DNA of 59,595 nucleotides, the filler included, from Basidiobolus ranarum (lineage: Eukaryota), in the NCBI GenBank assembly GCA_040143965.1. It is 10 parts of 10 records of this genome, joined end to end, with 100 filler letters (N's around TTAATTAATTAA, not from the genome) between each part and the next. Parts side by side here need not be neighbours in the genome. Positions count along the whole stretch, not along the records: positions 35,860 to 41,723 come from JASJQH010008356.1; positions 41,824 to 47,684 come from JASJQH010008357.1; positions 47,785 to 53,641 come from JASJQH010008358.1; 7 more parts are not named here. The stretch is one strand, 5' to 3'. Positions 39,920-53,519 of the stretch are shown here, piece after piece. The translations under genes and the position numbers were made by a program. The number at the start of each line of letters is the position of its first letter. Positions within the stretch are counted from its first letter, which is position 1. The notes beneath the pieces are model-generated. The model had not been told where the DNA came from, made no database searches, and was given only the letters and a program-made list of their open reading frames with translations.

Positions 39920-41723
39920 GTTAATGCTGGGATGAGTGTGCAAAGTAGACAACCAGTGGGCAAACGTGACAGAGGGTTGGTGTTAATTCATAAAACGATC
40001 CAAATATAGGCCAAGAAATCGATGCGTTATGGACAAACTTTGAATGATCTCAATCTTAGGGTGAATACGGCAATATACGAACCAATTCTTACCTAATTTA
40101 GTCCACTCAATCTCTTCAGACCAGATCAACTCATTATATTAGTCAGTAGCCCCCTCTATTGGTGATGATGACATACGATGAGAATTTGTAGTTATTCCAG
40201 CACTGAAATAATCAGCATAAGGGGGAACTAAAATCGATAAATGAGCTGTAAATAGGTATCCGCTGAAGTTGTACGTCCAAAGTAGTACTTGAACCCTTAA
40301 TTCTTATAGTAGCATTCTAAAAACGGCACTCTGTGTACGTAAGAACCCACTATATAGCAGGGCTGATGTACTCCCTCACCTTAGAGCGAGTTGTAAGCTC
40401 TATAGTTGCTCAAGGAGGTGTGGGGTTGTACATTTACTAAGAAGCGATTCTCATTGTAATTGTAATAAATCAAAGTTTGAGTTGACTATCGTCCGGATTA
40501 CATGTTCTATTTTCACGACGACGTAATAATGACACAATCATATTATAATAAGCACGATTCGAGCCCTCGTGAAGTATTGAGAATCATGTAGCGCTAAAGC
40601 GTTACCTTGTTGATATGCTTGTAGGATATCCACGCATGTGCAGTTAAGTAGCAATCAGCTATTATACAGACCTATGGCCTATGTAGCTTGCTGAGATATT
40701 AGATGGTATACGGTGCAATCTTTAGAGCCTCAGATGAAGAAACCATTGTAGATCTTTTGGGTCAGAAGACTCTTCATTCAAGTCACAGCATGATTTTTCA
40801 GAAGCTCCGCCTTGGAACTAGAGATGTTCGGCGAAATACATCTAAGAAATAGTTAAGCATTCCAACCCTTGATATTTCCTTTTTTATTATAGTTCCATGT
40901 ACATATTTGGAGTCCAAGAGCAAAGAAAACAAGATTCTTACGGATAATCCCTAATTAAAGTGACTCAAATTATGCGATGCATTGAGTACGTAGGATTACC
41001 CCTTTGAATGTAGGATAAGACCCGCCGCTTCATCGATTCTAGCTTGTCGCTACATGCTTTCCCGCAAGACATCATCCAAAAAATCTCTGGTGATGTCAGA
41101 GTAGTCTTTTAATATTAAATTGATTTTCTGCCGATACATCTTTTGTCAAGCATGGAAAATGTCAGGCTTTGAAGAAACAAAATGCGGCTTAGAATCGGGA
41201 TAAACATTGTTTGTAAGTGAGTATCAGCTCAACCTTCTTTCGCAGAGGCTCTTTTTCGGTAAGAGAGGGATGCAAAGTTTCAGTAATCCCAGGTGGTGGA
41301 ATGAGTCAGCCCAACAAGAAAACCTGGACTCCTCAAATGTAAGATTACGTTTGATATATAGTGAGTGGTCATGGTTGTTGCAGCTGAGTAAACGTTATTC
41401 AGATATCACTCAACAATTTCCTAAATCAGCAAAATTTTCTGTCAGATCAGAAATAGAATCATCCATTCCAATTTAATGTGGATTTTCCGACACATGGCCA
41501 TCTACTCCACAAGATGTCTACGGTGTGGCTAATAAAAGAGCACGCATCCCGCACGCTTTCCGATCGCAATCCCTGCAGAAATGTAGTTGGCCTTGTCACT
41601 GGAATGATGTCGCTGCTTCAGAGATCCCCCACTATCCTAAATTAGCCCAAATCAAAACCTGACCAACTAGGCTAAATTGTCTGCACTCGATCCGTATGCT
41701 TGCCACTGTGGATAGAAAGTGCC

Positions 41724-41823
41724 NNNNNNNNNNNNNNNNNNNNNNNNNNNNNNNNNNNNNNNNNNNNTTAATTAATTAANNNNNNNNNNNNNNNNNNNNN
41801 NNNNNNNNNNNNNNNNNNNNNNN
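41724..41823. other. Artificial contig spacer
   Basis: N-run with TTAATTAATTAA. Confidence 0.98.
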
Positions 41824-42000
41824 ATATTTTTAAGCTTCCAGTATAAAAAATTCAGCTTTGCTGGAGATTTGTAGTGGGATTAAGCTTTATTACTGAATAT
41901 TTAAGTTAACACCCCTATCCCACACTACAACGGTCAATCCCAAATGGATTAAAATTGTGATGGTTTTCCTACAATAACAATCCTCAAATTTCTGTTAGGG

Positions 42001-44441
42001 AATGGGGGCAAATATACCACAAAACTCTTCTCTAACTTCCATTGAACACATGGGATAAAACAGCTGACTACAGTGCCATATTCTCCACAGAAGAATGGAG
42101 TAGCAGAACATGCAAGCAGATCAATAATGGAAAAGGCAAGATCAATGCTTCATGATCAAGATTTACCAAAACAGTTCTGGGCTGAATCTGTGCAACTGCA
42201 GCATATATTAGGAATAGATGTCCTGCTATGTCTGTATTGGCTATGACACCTTATCAAGCTTGGTTTGAAAGTAAACCTGATATGTCTAATCTCAGAGTTT
42301 TTAGAAGTACTGCAACTGCAATGATTCCAGACCAGAAGTGATCAAAATTAGACCAAAAAAGCTAGAAATGTCTTTTTTTGGGATATTGTGTTGGGACAAA
42401 AGGGTACAGACTGTATGAAACTGAAAATAAGAAGCTAATCAATTCAAGGGATGTGGAATTTGCCGAAGAAGAAAACTTTTCAATCAAAACAACCCAGGAT
42501 CAAGAAAAACAACCAAAAATTGATGAAAATTCTTTTTCTCAACAAATCTTAATCCGTGAGAAAAACATTGAAGATTCCTTACCTGCACTCTCCTCAACTG
42601 AGCCTGTGGTGTTTCATTGCCCAAGTTGATACAGAAGTTGTAGTGCCAATTTCCCATCTTAGGAGATCCAATTGGATGAGTTCTCTGCCTGATTACTACT
42701 CTCACACTAGCCAAAAGGAGCCTAGTGCTAATTTAGCCTTTTTTGATAAACCCAATCCAGTACTGGAGGCTATGGAGAGCCCTAACACAAAGTTTTGGAG
42801 TTCTGCAATGGCAGAGCAGTATTAGTCACTTATAGATAACCAAACTTGGGCTTTGTTTAAGTTACCAGATGATTAAAAACCAATTGGATACAAATGGATG
42901 TTAAAAGTTAAAGGCAAGCTGATGGATCTGTAGAAAGATATAAAGCCAGACTTGTGGCTAAAGGCTACTCTCAAATGGAAGGACTGGACTTTAATGAAAC
43001 ATTTGCTGCTGTAGCAAAGTTTAATTCCATCAGAACCATACTTGTGGTGGCAGCAAAACACAGCTTAAAAATCCATCAAATGGATGCTAAAATGCTTTTT
43101 GAATGGAGAATTGGAAGAGGATATACTCACAGATCAACCAGATGATTTTGTGGATCCTGAGCACCCTGAGGATGTGTGTAAGCCACAAAAGTCACTGTAT
43201 GCACTTAGAGAATCACCCAGGGCCTGGTACAGTATGATAGATACAAACTTGGAATCACTTGATTTCCAAATGAGTATGTGGATTTTGGGATCTACTTAAA
43301 GACAGATAAGGACAGTAGGTGATACTTGCCTTATATGTATATAATCTGATTATAGCTACTAATAATGATGAAGCTTTCAGGAGCACCAAAAGAGATCTAT
43401 CAGTCCAATTCAAGATGATTGATTTAGGTGAACTTATGTATTTTTTAGGTCTGCAGATCCATACATATATATTGAGGAAATCTATCACTCTGAATCAATC
43501 TAAAAGCATCTCAGACATTCTCAGACATTGCAGGATGGTTAATAGTAAGCCAGTAGCAACTGCCATGGATCCAGGTGTGAAACTAGTCAAAAATCCCATT
43601 TGAAATGAAAAAAATCAGCCAAATATGGCTCAAAGTATGTTATTTGAAAGCCCTGAGTTCCCTTATTATTCTATGGTAGGTAGTTTGATCTATGCTATGA
43701 CTGGAACCCAACCAGATATCTCTTTTGCAGTGGGAGTAGTTAGCCAACATGTGTAAAACCCAGGATCTAAGCATTATGCAGCAGTTAAGCAGATTTTCAG
43801 ATATTTGAAGGGGACAACTGATCTGGGATTAAAATCCACATATTCTTATGAGAATAAGTATCTAATTGGGTTTAGTGATGCAGATTGGGGATGTGATATT
43901 GAGGACAGTAGATCTATCACTGAATATATCTTTCTCTATATTGAAGTAGCCATATCTTGGAATAGCAAGAAACAGCCTACCATAGCACTTTCAACAACTG
44001 AAGCAGAGTATATGGCAGCATCATGTACAACAAAGAAGGCTATATGTTTAAGGAAACTGTTTAAAGACTTGGGCATTTTTCAAAGTTCACCCACCATACT
44101 TTTCAAGGATAATCAAAGTTGTATTTCTTTAGCTGAAAATCCCAAATTTCATGCCAGAAGTGAGCACATTGACATTCAACATCACTTTGTTAGGGAAGCT
44201 ATTGAGAATAAGCATGTTCAACTGATGAAATGATTGCTAACATCCTTACCAAACCATTACCCAAGCCTAAATTTGAAGAATCAATATTTAAATTAGGATT
44301 GAGATATATGAATATTTAGTTGAGTGAGAGTGTTGAAGTTTATTGTCTTTATTAGATTTGTTTTCTCTAGATTTATACATTTGACTATTTCACATATCGC
44401 ATATAAGTTAGTTAACATTACATAGTCAAATATCACTTAGC
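42001..44441 (+). mobile_element. Degenerate Ty1/Copia LTR retrotransposon (integrase-RT-RNase H, PPT, start of 3' LTR)
   Basis: NGGKY...[67 protein letters not shown]. Many stops and frameshifts. PPT 44320-44330; LTR starts TGTTG at 44331; its right end is not determined. Confidence 0.93.
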
Positions 44442-45160
44442 TGTAAATTGGAACATATATTATATATATATGTGAATAATGTGAGAATTAGTAATTCCAT
44501 ATTGGAAATTTCAAACTCATCCAAATTGCCCCAAAGATAGCTCATTTTATTCCCACAGATGTTCTGAACACAGCCACAGTGTTAGTTTTTTGTATTTCCA
44601 CCAAAATGCATAAATGCTTTATTTCTGGACAATAAATATTTGTCTCAAACAGCTATTCACAACTCCCCTTTTCTAAAGTTCTTCCAAACACCCCATATTT
44701 TCCCAATAACTACAAGGATGTACAAGAATTGTCACAATAAGGAACTGAACAAGGACTGGAAACAACAACCAGAGGCTAGAAGGCAGGAGAGTACTTGGGT
44801 GTAGATCACAAGAAAAGACAAGACAACAATGGACAAGGAAAATACTTTGGCAAGAATCTTTATTGATAACAGGCATTGATCAGACCTCAGTCTGATCAAG
44901 GAATACATTGGCTTTTATAGATATTGCAAGATGAAACATAATATACTGAATAGGGAATATACTGTAGCAAGTTGAAGAGTTGGGGTGTTAGAGACTACAA
45001 GGACCAATAAAAGAAGGGATAAGGTAAGGATGATATAAGGAAGATCAGGTGACCTTCCATGGAAGGTCTTGGTGGAAATTCACTATGTGTGGAATGACAT
45101 GATTGGTTAGATTTCATGAAATGTTCCAAAGAACATGACTTCCAGATATCAACACATTAA

Positions 45161-45367
45161 ATGCCTTTCATTGCAAATTATGGAATCTGTACTTGTTTCA
45201 CAATTCACCCATCATACAATCTACCTTTTCCTGCTGCCTCAGACTATGCCACTTTCCTTATGGACATCAATATTCAACTAATATCCAAGCTAGGGAATGC
45301 TCAATCCCAGTACAATATTATTGCTGATAAGAACTGAGAGCAAAACCCAGATCTGAAGCCAGGAGAT
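45161..45367 (+). mobile_element. Ty3/Gypsy integrase C-terminal remnant
   Basis: PFIANYG...PAASDY...L..AQSQY...ADKN*EQNPDLKPGD matches the Gypsy pattern PF.ANYG...AQ..Y...AD..R...P.F..GD. Confidence 0.65.
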
Positions 45368-47684
45368 TATCACTAACAGAAATTGGAGGATCATTATTTT
45401 AGGAAAACCATACCAATTTTAATTCATTTTGGATTGACAGTTTGCTTACTGTCATAAAATTGTCACATTAGATTTGATTTTATTCAAATTTTTCAGTTTT
45501 AGGAGTGAAATTTCAAGATCTTGCAAAATAGTTGCACAGGATTGGCTAAAATCTCAGAGCACCATGGATCAACACATGTGCAAGCAACATGACTCAAATT
45601 TTACACATTTACAGCTTGAATGCTAAATTACCACCTTCACAATTCCTAGTTTCTTTGATCTATGCTCCTGAATACTTTCATAGAGTTCTTCATACCCAAG
45701 GTTTGGCTCATATCTAACACAAGTGTGTAAAAACATTGCCATCAAAGCCCACCATTATATTAACATTGCTGAATCATCATTCTTCCAGCTATCTGGTTGA
45801 TACCCTAAAATATTCTTCCACTCTGTATTAAATTCTTCCTAGATATCTGCACAGTCAACACCAGACTGTGTGTCAAGTTGAATGTTCTTCTCTTGAATCC
45901 ACTTTCTGCATACTTGCATTGCATTTTTCCTTCATACTTTTGAAAACACTCCTCAAGCACCTTGACAATTCTTATACATCCTTGTGGTTTGACAATACAG
46001 AAGGTGCTTTGAGGTGCTTGTGTGGCTTTTTCCTTGTCTTTAGTTTGGGGCTAATTTCAACACTTTGAAAAGTACCAGTTGAGGTTGGAGTGCTGTGAGC
46101 TGTGAGCTTTTTGGCTGGTGTTTTGGCTTGTTGAGAGGTGCCAGGTGTTGGATATACTTCCAAATTCAGCACTCTTACTACTGGTGTACCTGGTGTCATG
46201 GTGAAATTAAGCTTTTTTTACAGTATATCTGACTCTGGAAATGCATGTCTTTGTAATGGTGTGAAGAATTTGGTAAGTAGGACAGTGGAGCCTGAACTCA
46301 CTGGCCCCTTTGCTTTTCCCCTGGTTTACCAACTTTCTGCTCCTTGAGTACTTCTTTAGCTGCTTTTCCTTCTTTTTGAAGTCAATAATTGCATCATTTT
46401 TGGAGATGTTTCAAGAATAGGGCTATACTAGCCCAATTGACATTTACTTGCAAAAACCCATGATAAGCCACATGAAATAAGTCAAGAAACTTCCCACTGA
46501 TGCCTTGTTTTTGGTTTTTCCACAATTGGCTCAAATCAAGATGAATTTGGGCAAGATTCTGCACAGTTTCCAAACTGTTAAACTACTCATCATCAGAGTA
46601 AGTGAAGGCAGCTCTAACATTCAGAGTATTTTGGTTTGCCGGTTTTCCTATGAGATTTCTACTTTGATGTGTCCAAGCAATTTTGGGTTGTTGTGTAGGC
46701 TTAATGGTCTGCCGCATATTCTGCTCTGCTAGATTGTCACAATTACAATCATATGTATAGTGTTGGATTGATTCAGATCACATATGAGAATGCATAGAGG
46801 GAGCAGCATGTTACTGTAGCCTAAGTACAGCAGGATGAAGGTCTTGTATCATTATTGAGTGACTTGCTGACTGTTGACTAGTTGCTTCTAAACGCTTCAT
46901 TATTTGCAATATTGCTGCATTATTGCTTGTCATGGCATATATAGCAACTTTGTAGCTTTTACTTATGATCAAAAGCAAATCATCATGGTGTGCTGCCTGC
47001 AACTCTCCTGTTGTAATAAATATATCCAAATTTTCTTAGGAGGTTGCTCAAGAGCTGGCAAGGTAGCCATTTTGGAAGTTGATGGTGTTGATGGTGTGAC
47101 TGTTGAACTTTGCTCAACTATTGGTTTACTACATGATTGGGGGATTACAATCTCTTCACTAGCACTATTGCTGGAAAGGAACATATTTGGTAAATTAGTT
47201 AGTGCTTCATAGTCCAGCATGTTCATGCCTTTCAAGTGGATAGTGGATAGCAAGACTGCTGATCAATTGAGTTCTCAATTCTTGCTGATTTTTTTCCTTT
47301 AGTGCTGGCAAGCTCTTGCTTGTGAGCCAATTTTGATTTGATTTTGAATGGTTTTTTAATGGCATTGAAATTTTCAGATGGTAAACTTGTTGTAATAAAA
47401 TGCTTAGAAACAGCTTACAATAAACCAAAATAGCCATTATGGCAATATCTCATAAATCCCCTGATGAATCATCTGTGACACTGCATCAGCATCAGCCAAT
47501 GATATTGATGGGCTATATATAAGATACCACCCTGACATAGGGGGTATTCTTTGTTTTGATAATATTCTTCTCATGCTGCAACACATGAATTTAAAGAAAC
47601 CCTGCTATTATTGTCACACATCGATGTGCTATGAAAGCCAAGGCATGATAGAAAATATAATCACAAGCACAGCCACTTGTAAAG

Positions 47685-47784
47685 NNNNNNNNNNNNNNNN
47701 NNNNNNNNNNNNNNNNNNNNNNNNNNNNTTAATTAATTAANNNNNNNNNNNNNNNNNNNNNNNNNNNNNNNNNNNNNNNNNNNN
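47685..47784. other. Artificial contig spacer
   Basis: N-run with TTAATTAATTAA. Confidence 0.98.
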
Positions 47785-47950
47785 TAGTTTCAGCAAGGTC
47801 GGCAGCATCGATAGACCACTCAATGGTAGCATCCTCCCCTCGGCTCCATGTTGAGGAAGCCACAGGGTGTGTAATCGACACCTCGGCACTGACCAATGTC
47901 ATTAACAACACTAAGAAAAACAAACTGTAGATTGTATTGAAAGTGTTCAT
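47785..47950 (-). CDS. Small secreted protein paralog (Kre9/Knh1 N-terminal-like Ig fold), truncated by contig start
   Basis: Signal peptide then EVSITHPVASSTWSRGEDATIEWSIDAADLAET, identical to the protein at 48602. Confidence 0.85.
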
Positions 47951-48601
47951 TCTGATTTCAGTTTCTTGTATTATGAGTTGAAAGTTGTCAATTATAGCTA
48001 TATATACTCAAAGTCGATCGCCCAAATGCCCGTAACAAAATTGAGTATCGTATTCTTCAATGATGTATTATTCGGATAGTATTAGCACCTCATTGTTGAA
48101 CGACTTATCACTCTCTACTACTCTACCTACTCCATAAATAAATACCGTATTGTACTCATACTAAAAGGCATCAAGTCTGCATAAATCGTATCTAGCATAT
48201 AAACTCCGGAAGTAGCTACAAATTAACAAATGCTTCATTGAACAAGAGGGTAAACTCTAAATACCCTACAGTCGAACTGCATTCTAATCAATCCAATCCT
48301 CTCCATGCTTTAATTATTTATCCAAAAATTAAGACAATACGGAATTGGAATACAATGATGACTTCATTATATTCGCATGCACATCCATAAAGCTGTGTGG
48401 TAGAAGTTTAAGCCGAGTTCAATTATATTTAGCGTCATTATTGGCATATGCTAAGGCCAGGTAGCATAACATAGACAAAGAAGGAAATAACTAATAAATA
48501 TGTCATTGTCTATGCTGGTCACAAGCAATTCGCAAGAAACAGAAATATAAATAGGATTCGAATGTCGAGTGATCTAAAATCATCTTAAAGCAATCAATAC
48601 T

Positions 48602-48955
48602 ATGTTCTGCAAATCTCCACTCAGCATAGTTCTATTAGCTCTCCTTAGTTTGGCTTCGGCAGAGGTTTCGATCACACACCCTGTAGCTTCCTCAACATGG
48701 AGCCGAGGGGAGGATGCTACCATTGAGTGGTCTATCGATGCTGCCGACCTTGCTGAAACTATCACCATCGAACTTCGTGAAGGACCAAAGGCCAACCTGG
48801 CTCTCGCCTACACGATTGCCCAGGATGTTGATGCTAATGAGGAGTCCCACGATTGGATGGTTCCCATGGATTTGGCACCTGGAGACACTTACTCTATTCG
48901 TGTGATCACTAACACAGGAACCGACCGCTACAGCCACTACTTTAAGATTGAATGA
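48602..48955 (+). CDS. Small secreted protein, Kre9/Knh1 N-terminal-like (Ser-Thr-rich GPI family) domain without a tail
   Basis: 117 aa; signal peptide; IT.P....W..G....I.W, I.L..G, IA..V, W.VP.DL..G..YSI, YS..F.I pattern; TATAAA at ~48546. Confidence 0.85.
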   Translation: MFCKSPLSIVLLALLSLASAEVSITHPVASSTWSRGEDATIEWSIDAADLAETITIELREGPKANLALAYTIAQDVDANEESHDWMVPMDLAPGDTYSIRVITNTGTDRYSHYFKIE

Positions 48956-50356
48956 GTCAATCCGTGGCCATAGCTTTACCCTTTTGTGCATTCCCAAAGG
49001 CCCTTAGATACCGAACTAAATCCACCTCTGTTTACTCTACACATAACAATAGGACATCGTAATGTTCCCTTGATACCAAAATAAATTCGTCACTGTTTAC
49101 TTGCTAATAGAAATGTAGTCCAGGCCAGGTTGTAATATTGTATGGTACTGGTGTGGGACTGACTTATAGTACATTGATAAGTGGAATGCGATACATGGAA
49201 TTTGTAAATTTCATACAAGCCATTCTAATCATCAAAGTTGATGATGTTTTGGTGAGAAGAAAGGCGCCAGACAGGTGTATTATTCTCAAAATGATATATG
49301 GAGATTAAGTACCATGGTTAAATTACCAAGTATATCTATGTGATAAATTCGATCTGAGTACTTGGAATCATTTGAAAGAGTTTGCAGTCTCACTCTCTTA
49401 GCAAATGTTCAGGTAAACGCTACTGAGCAAAAGATAAAGAGGGCTTGGAGGAGCAGAGGCGCCTTATCAAAGAACCAGATTGAGAAATAATTAGCTTTTG
49501 CAATAATATCGAGCACTATATTTTTTTGATGATAAAACTTATCGTTAAAGAATTAAAAGTTCTAGTTAAGGAAAATGGAGGGAAGAGAAATTGTGTATTT
49601 TGCGCAACCTAATGGTCCACAATTGAATTGACACTAAGCAGTATATTATCTATGGTATGTTGCGATGCAAGTAATGGTTCCAGAGATCTAAGAAGTGACC
49701 GACACCTGGGGAATTTGTAAAAGCCAATATATTATTTGCTCTTGAGCTAATCTAAGGTGTGTACACTGAGGCAAATCTTACTATATATTTTTTCTTGGAA
49801 GTCAAAGCTATAGCTGACCTTGAGGTAAAGCTACTCACGAGTAAGAAGTGGAAGGATATAGACTTATGTTGCTGCCGCCTTGGATCTGTCCATTAAATCA
49901 GAGTGGCACATACAGCTGTTGGCAATGTTCAATATTGTATTCAGGCGTAGAGATTGTACTACACATACTGAGGTTAGTTCATAACTAGGTTAAAGATATC
50001 AGAATGGGAAATGCTCCCCATGTATTACAAAAAAGGGAATCCACAACCTTGCTTTTCTGTAAGTCATCATTATTATTTGAAAGGAGCCACCAATCCTGTC
50101 CTAGGTCCAAACTATTACTAATGGTACCAAATCTTATGCGTAGTGATGTTCTCTAGTAACCTGTTATTAACTAGATTTCGCTCTATTTCATTTAGAATCA
50201 ATTGATTTATTAGGTGCAACTTTGTTCGATAGATTTTGTGGTGTATAGCTCAACTATGCTGAATTTGAGGAGCAATTCGGTTGCCGTTCGGTAGATTAGT
50301 ACATCCGTACTTGGATATATACGCTCCAAACTCGTGCCTAGTTTTTAACTTTAAGG

Positions 50357-51850
50357 ATGTCGGATATTCTGAATCACGAAAAAGATCAATCAGATGCACC
50401 GCTAGATGGTGGCCCTGGGTAAACTAACATAACCTATATTGATATAAACTTTTCCTTGTTTACCAAACAATCCGATTGTAGGTGGCTTGTTGTAGCTGGT
50501 TCTTTTCTGTGCCAATGGGTGATATTCGGATACAATTTTACTTGGGGCATCTATGAAGATTACTACTATCGTGAGGTTTTCCAAGAAAAAGTGTCCATCT
50601 CTGCTTTGGCTCTAGTAGGGACTGTTGGGACCGCCTTAATCGTAGTTTTAGGCCCGATAAATGGCCCTCTTATCGATCGTTTCGGATATAGAAAGCTAGT
50701 GGGATTAGGCTCAATACTGCTTCCACTGGGAATATTGCTTGCTTCATTTGCTACAGAGGTAAAGAGATTACTCATGAGCCTGCTCATAGAACTTGGATCT
50801 AACTCATAATTTGTGAAAATAGTTATGGCACCTTTTCCTTACTCAAGGAGTTTTGTATGGGATAGGCGCCTCATTTGTCTTTTTTCCATCCGTGGGCATC
50901 ATTGCCGAATGGTTCAGTAAAAAACGTGGGTTGGCTTCTGGAATTGCTGTATCTGGCACCGGCGTTGGAGGTCTTGTACTTGGCCCCCTCACCCATAAGT
51001 TAATTGATATTGTGAACGTTGCTTGGACTTTGAGAATCATTGCTATTCATGCTTTTGTTTTCCTCGTGATTGCTACTTTTTTAATCCGAGGGCGTATTGA
51101 AAGGCCTCATCGTCCATTCCAGTTGGATTTCTCCTTGCTTAAAGACAATCGATTTGTTGTATTGCTAGCCACAACATTTGTGGAGTATTTCGCTTATGTG
51201 ATTCCGTTTTTCTTAACCCCAGGTATACAAAGTTAAACGTTACTGCTTCCTAGATATATGCAACTACAAGATGCTAATAATGAAATTTCTCACTAGAATA
51301 TTGTGTCTATATTGGTCTTGGTTCAAGTACAGGCGGATTATTTGTTGGGTTAATGAGTGGCGCTAACGCTGTTGGCCGAATTGTGTTTGGTTTTATTGCT
51401 GACAAATATGGGAATACGATTACTATGACTTGTTGTACTTTTCTTGCTGGAATATCCATATTGGTTCTATGGTCATTCTCACAGGGCTATGCCCTTATGT
51501 GTGTCTTCGTGCTTGCCTATGGATTTTTTGGTGGTGGATTTGTTAGCTTACTGCCGGTAGTAACTGCTCAAGTTACAGGTCTGTATGAACCATTGGAAAT
51601 ATACTCTAATCACTATACTCATTATGTTTTCATAGGCGTACAAAAGCTGGGTAACGCACTAGGACTAGTATTTGCTACCACTATAGTAGGTAACTTAGTG
51701 GGAACCCCCATCACCACAGCCTTGAAGGGTACAGCTGGAGAGGGGAGAATGACCTACATCCCTGCAATATTATTTTCAGGATTTATTACACTATCTGCTG
51801 CTTGCTGTTTATTTACCCTTCATCGGATGAGCATTCCAACAAGGGCTTGA
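50357..51850 (+). CDS. MFS monocarboxylate-porter family (MCT/Mch-like) transporter, 5 exons
   Basis: PLDGGPG/WLVV, GPLIDRFGYR, WFSKKRGLASGIAVSGTGVGG, GRIVFGFIADKYG; multiple TM helices. Confidence 0.9.
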
Positions 51851-52841
51851 TAACATGCAATTTGGCCATAACTCTTTATCGATATTGTGTATATCTTAGG
51901 CTCACTTGAAAACTTGACCTATTGTTCTATCCTCTTAGGGTTAGTCATACTTTTATCTTACAATTTAAACAATAAACTAACAAATTATATATGGTATCGC
52001 ATTCCCATTTGTTAAAATACAAAGTTAAAATCATGTGGAACGATCCTGTCTGAGATGGTACTACCGTCTTAATAACAAACCTGGATGACACTAAGAAAGT
52101 TCACTCCAAGATATTAAAATTTACTATTGAGAATGTCCCAGCAAATATTAATCGTTTTTCTCTTCACAGTGTGGAGATGATTTCCAATAATATACAAATA
52201 GTCCAAGTTAGGGTTACTGTTAGTAGTTCAATTCGGTAGAGCATATATATTCATAAATAGTTACCAAGTAAGAATATATAGGATATCAGTGTGCTAGCAA
52301 TATATTCGCATGCTTGCTTCTATATAAACAAAATGCCTTAACCTGTCAAGGAACATTATAACGCAAGCCCAGTTAATAGTGCGAATTTCAGCACTGATGA
52401 GGCAATTCCAAAACTATAAATATCAAACGCTTATATCACATTAATATAAGTAGCTAAAGTAGATACATACATCGCCAAAGTAGTTGGATTTATTCCTGCT
52501 ACTTGAATCCTGTAACCAAAACCTTTAGAAGTTCCATAGCCATTGTTTGAGGAGCTGTTTCAAAATTTTTGCAATATCATATATTGATTTAAATTTTTAT
52601 TTAATTCAAGAAACTTTGTTACCCACTTGAATAGAAGTATCAGTCAAGAGGGGGTCCCTGGCTTCAATGTCAAATCCGCTTTATGAACGTCTAGTTGGCG
52701 TAATCTTAATGTCCATATATTTTTTCCCAATATTTGTAGTTGGTATTCCAGGTAGAGGGAGAAGAGGGCTTTATTCAGGATGCATCTGGATAATTCCCTT
52801 TATCAAGGAGCTCTGCTTTACCAGGCGACAACTTGTATGAA

Positions 52842-52914
52842 GGCCCTGTAGCTCAGTGGATAGAGCGTCCGCCTCCTAAGCGGAAGGCCCCGGGTTCGAC
52901 CCCCGGTTGGGTTG
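52842..52914 (+). tRNA. tRNA-Arg(CCT)
   Basis: D arm GCTC-AGTGGATA-GAGC, anticodon arm TCCGC-CTCCTAA-GCGGA, T arm CCGGG-TTCGACC-CCCGG, T-run terminator at ~52921; acceptor stem weak. Confidence 0.85.
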
Positions 52915-53519
52915 CTAATATTTTTCTCTGTTAGAGTGTCATTCTATATCTCCACTTGAGACTCTGGAATTGAACATGTTATTGATATTACACCAGATCT
53001 AGACACATATTACGACAATGTCCTGTTTGTGAACAATATCGGAGTATTGGAAGTCTCCAGATCACATAAATATCTTATGAGATTAATTATCATTAAGCTT
53101 CAAGCCAAGATATGTGCCAGGTGGAAGTAAACTAAATATGGGAATCGTTGTAATGCCATGATACTTATAACTAATATAAGTCTAAGTCAGAAATAAAAGG
53201 TTAAGGAGGCAAATTTTATTTCCTTTATTGTATGTGATATATACATCAAAGTGGGCTCCATTCTACCAAATATATCTGACAGCTTGATGTATTGTTTTTG
53301 ATGTGATAAAAGAGAATGAGGCTGGATGAAACTACTCATATACATTATGGAATATTGAATCTCAAATACTCTTTAACTGATCTAGTATTCATTAGTAAAA
53401 AGATATTATGCAGTATTCCTGTGCGTGCCAAATTCTTGTGTATGCCTTTCATAGATCTAGGTGAAACTAACACAGCCTAGATGCCTATATAGTCACATAT
53501 AGCTTAGTACTTAGTGATC

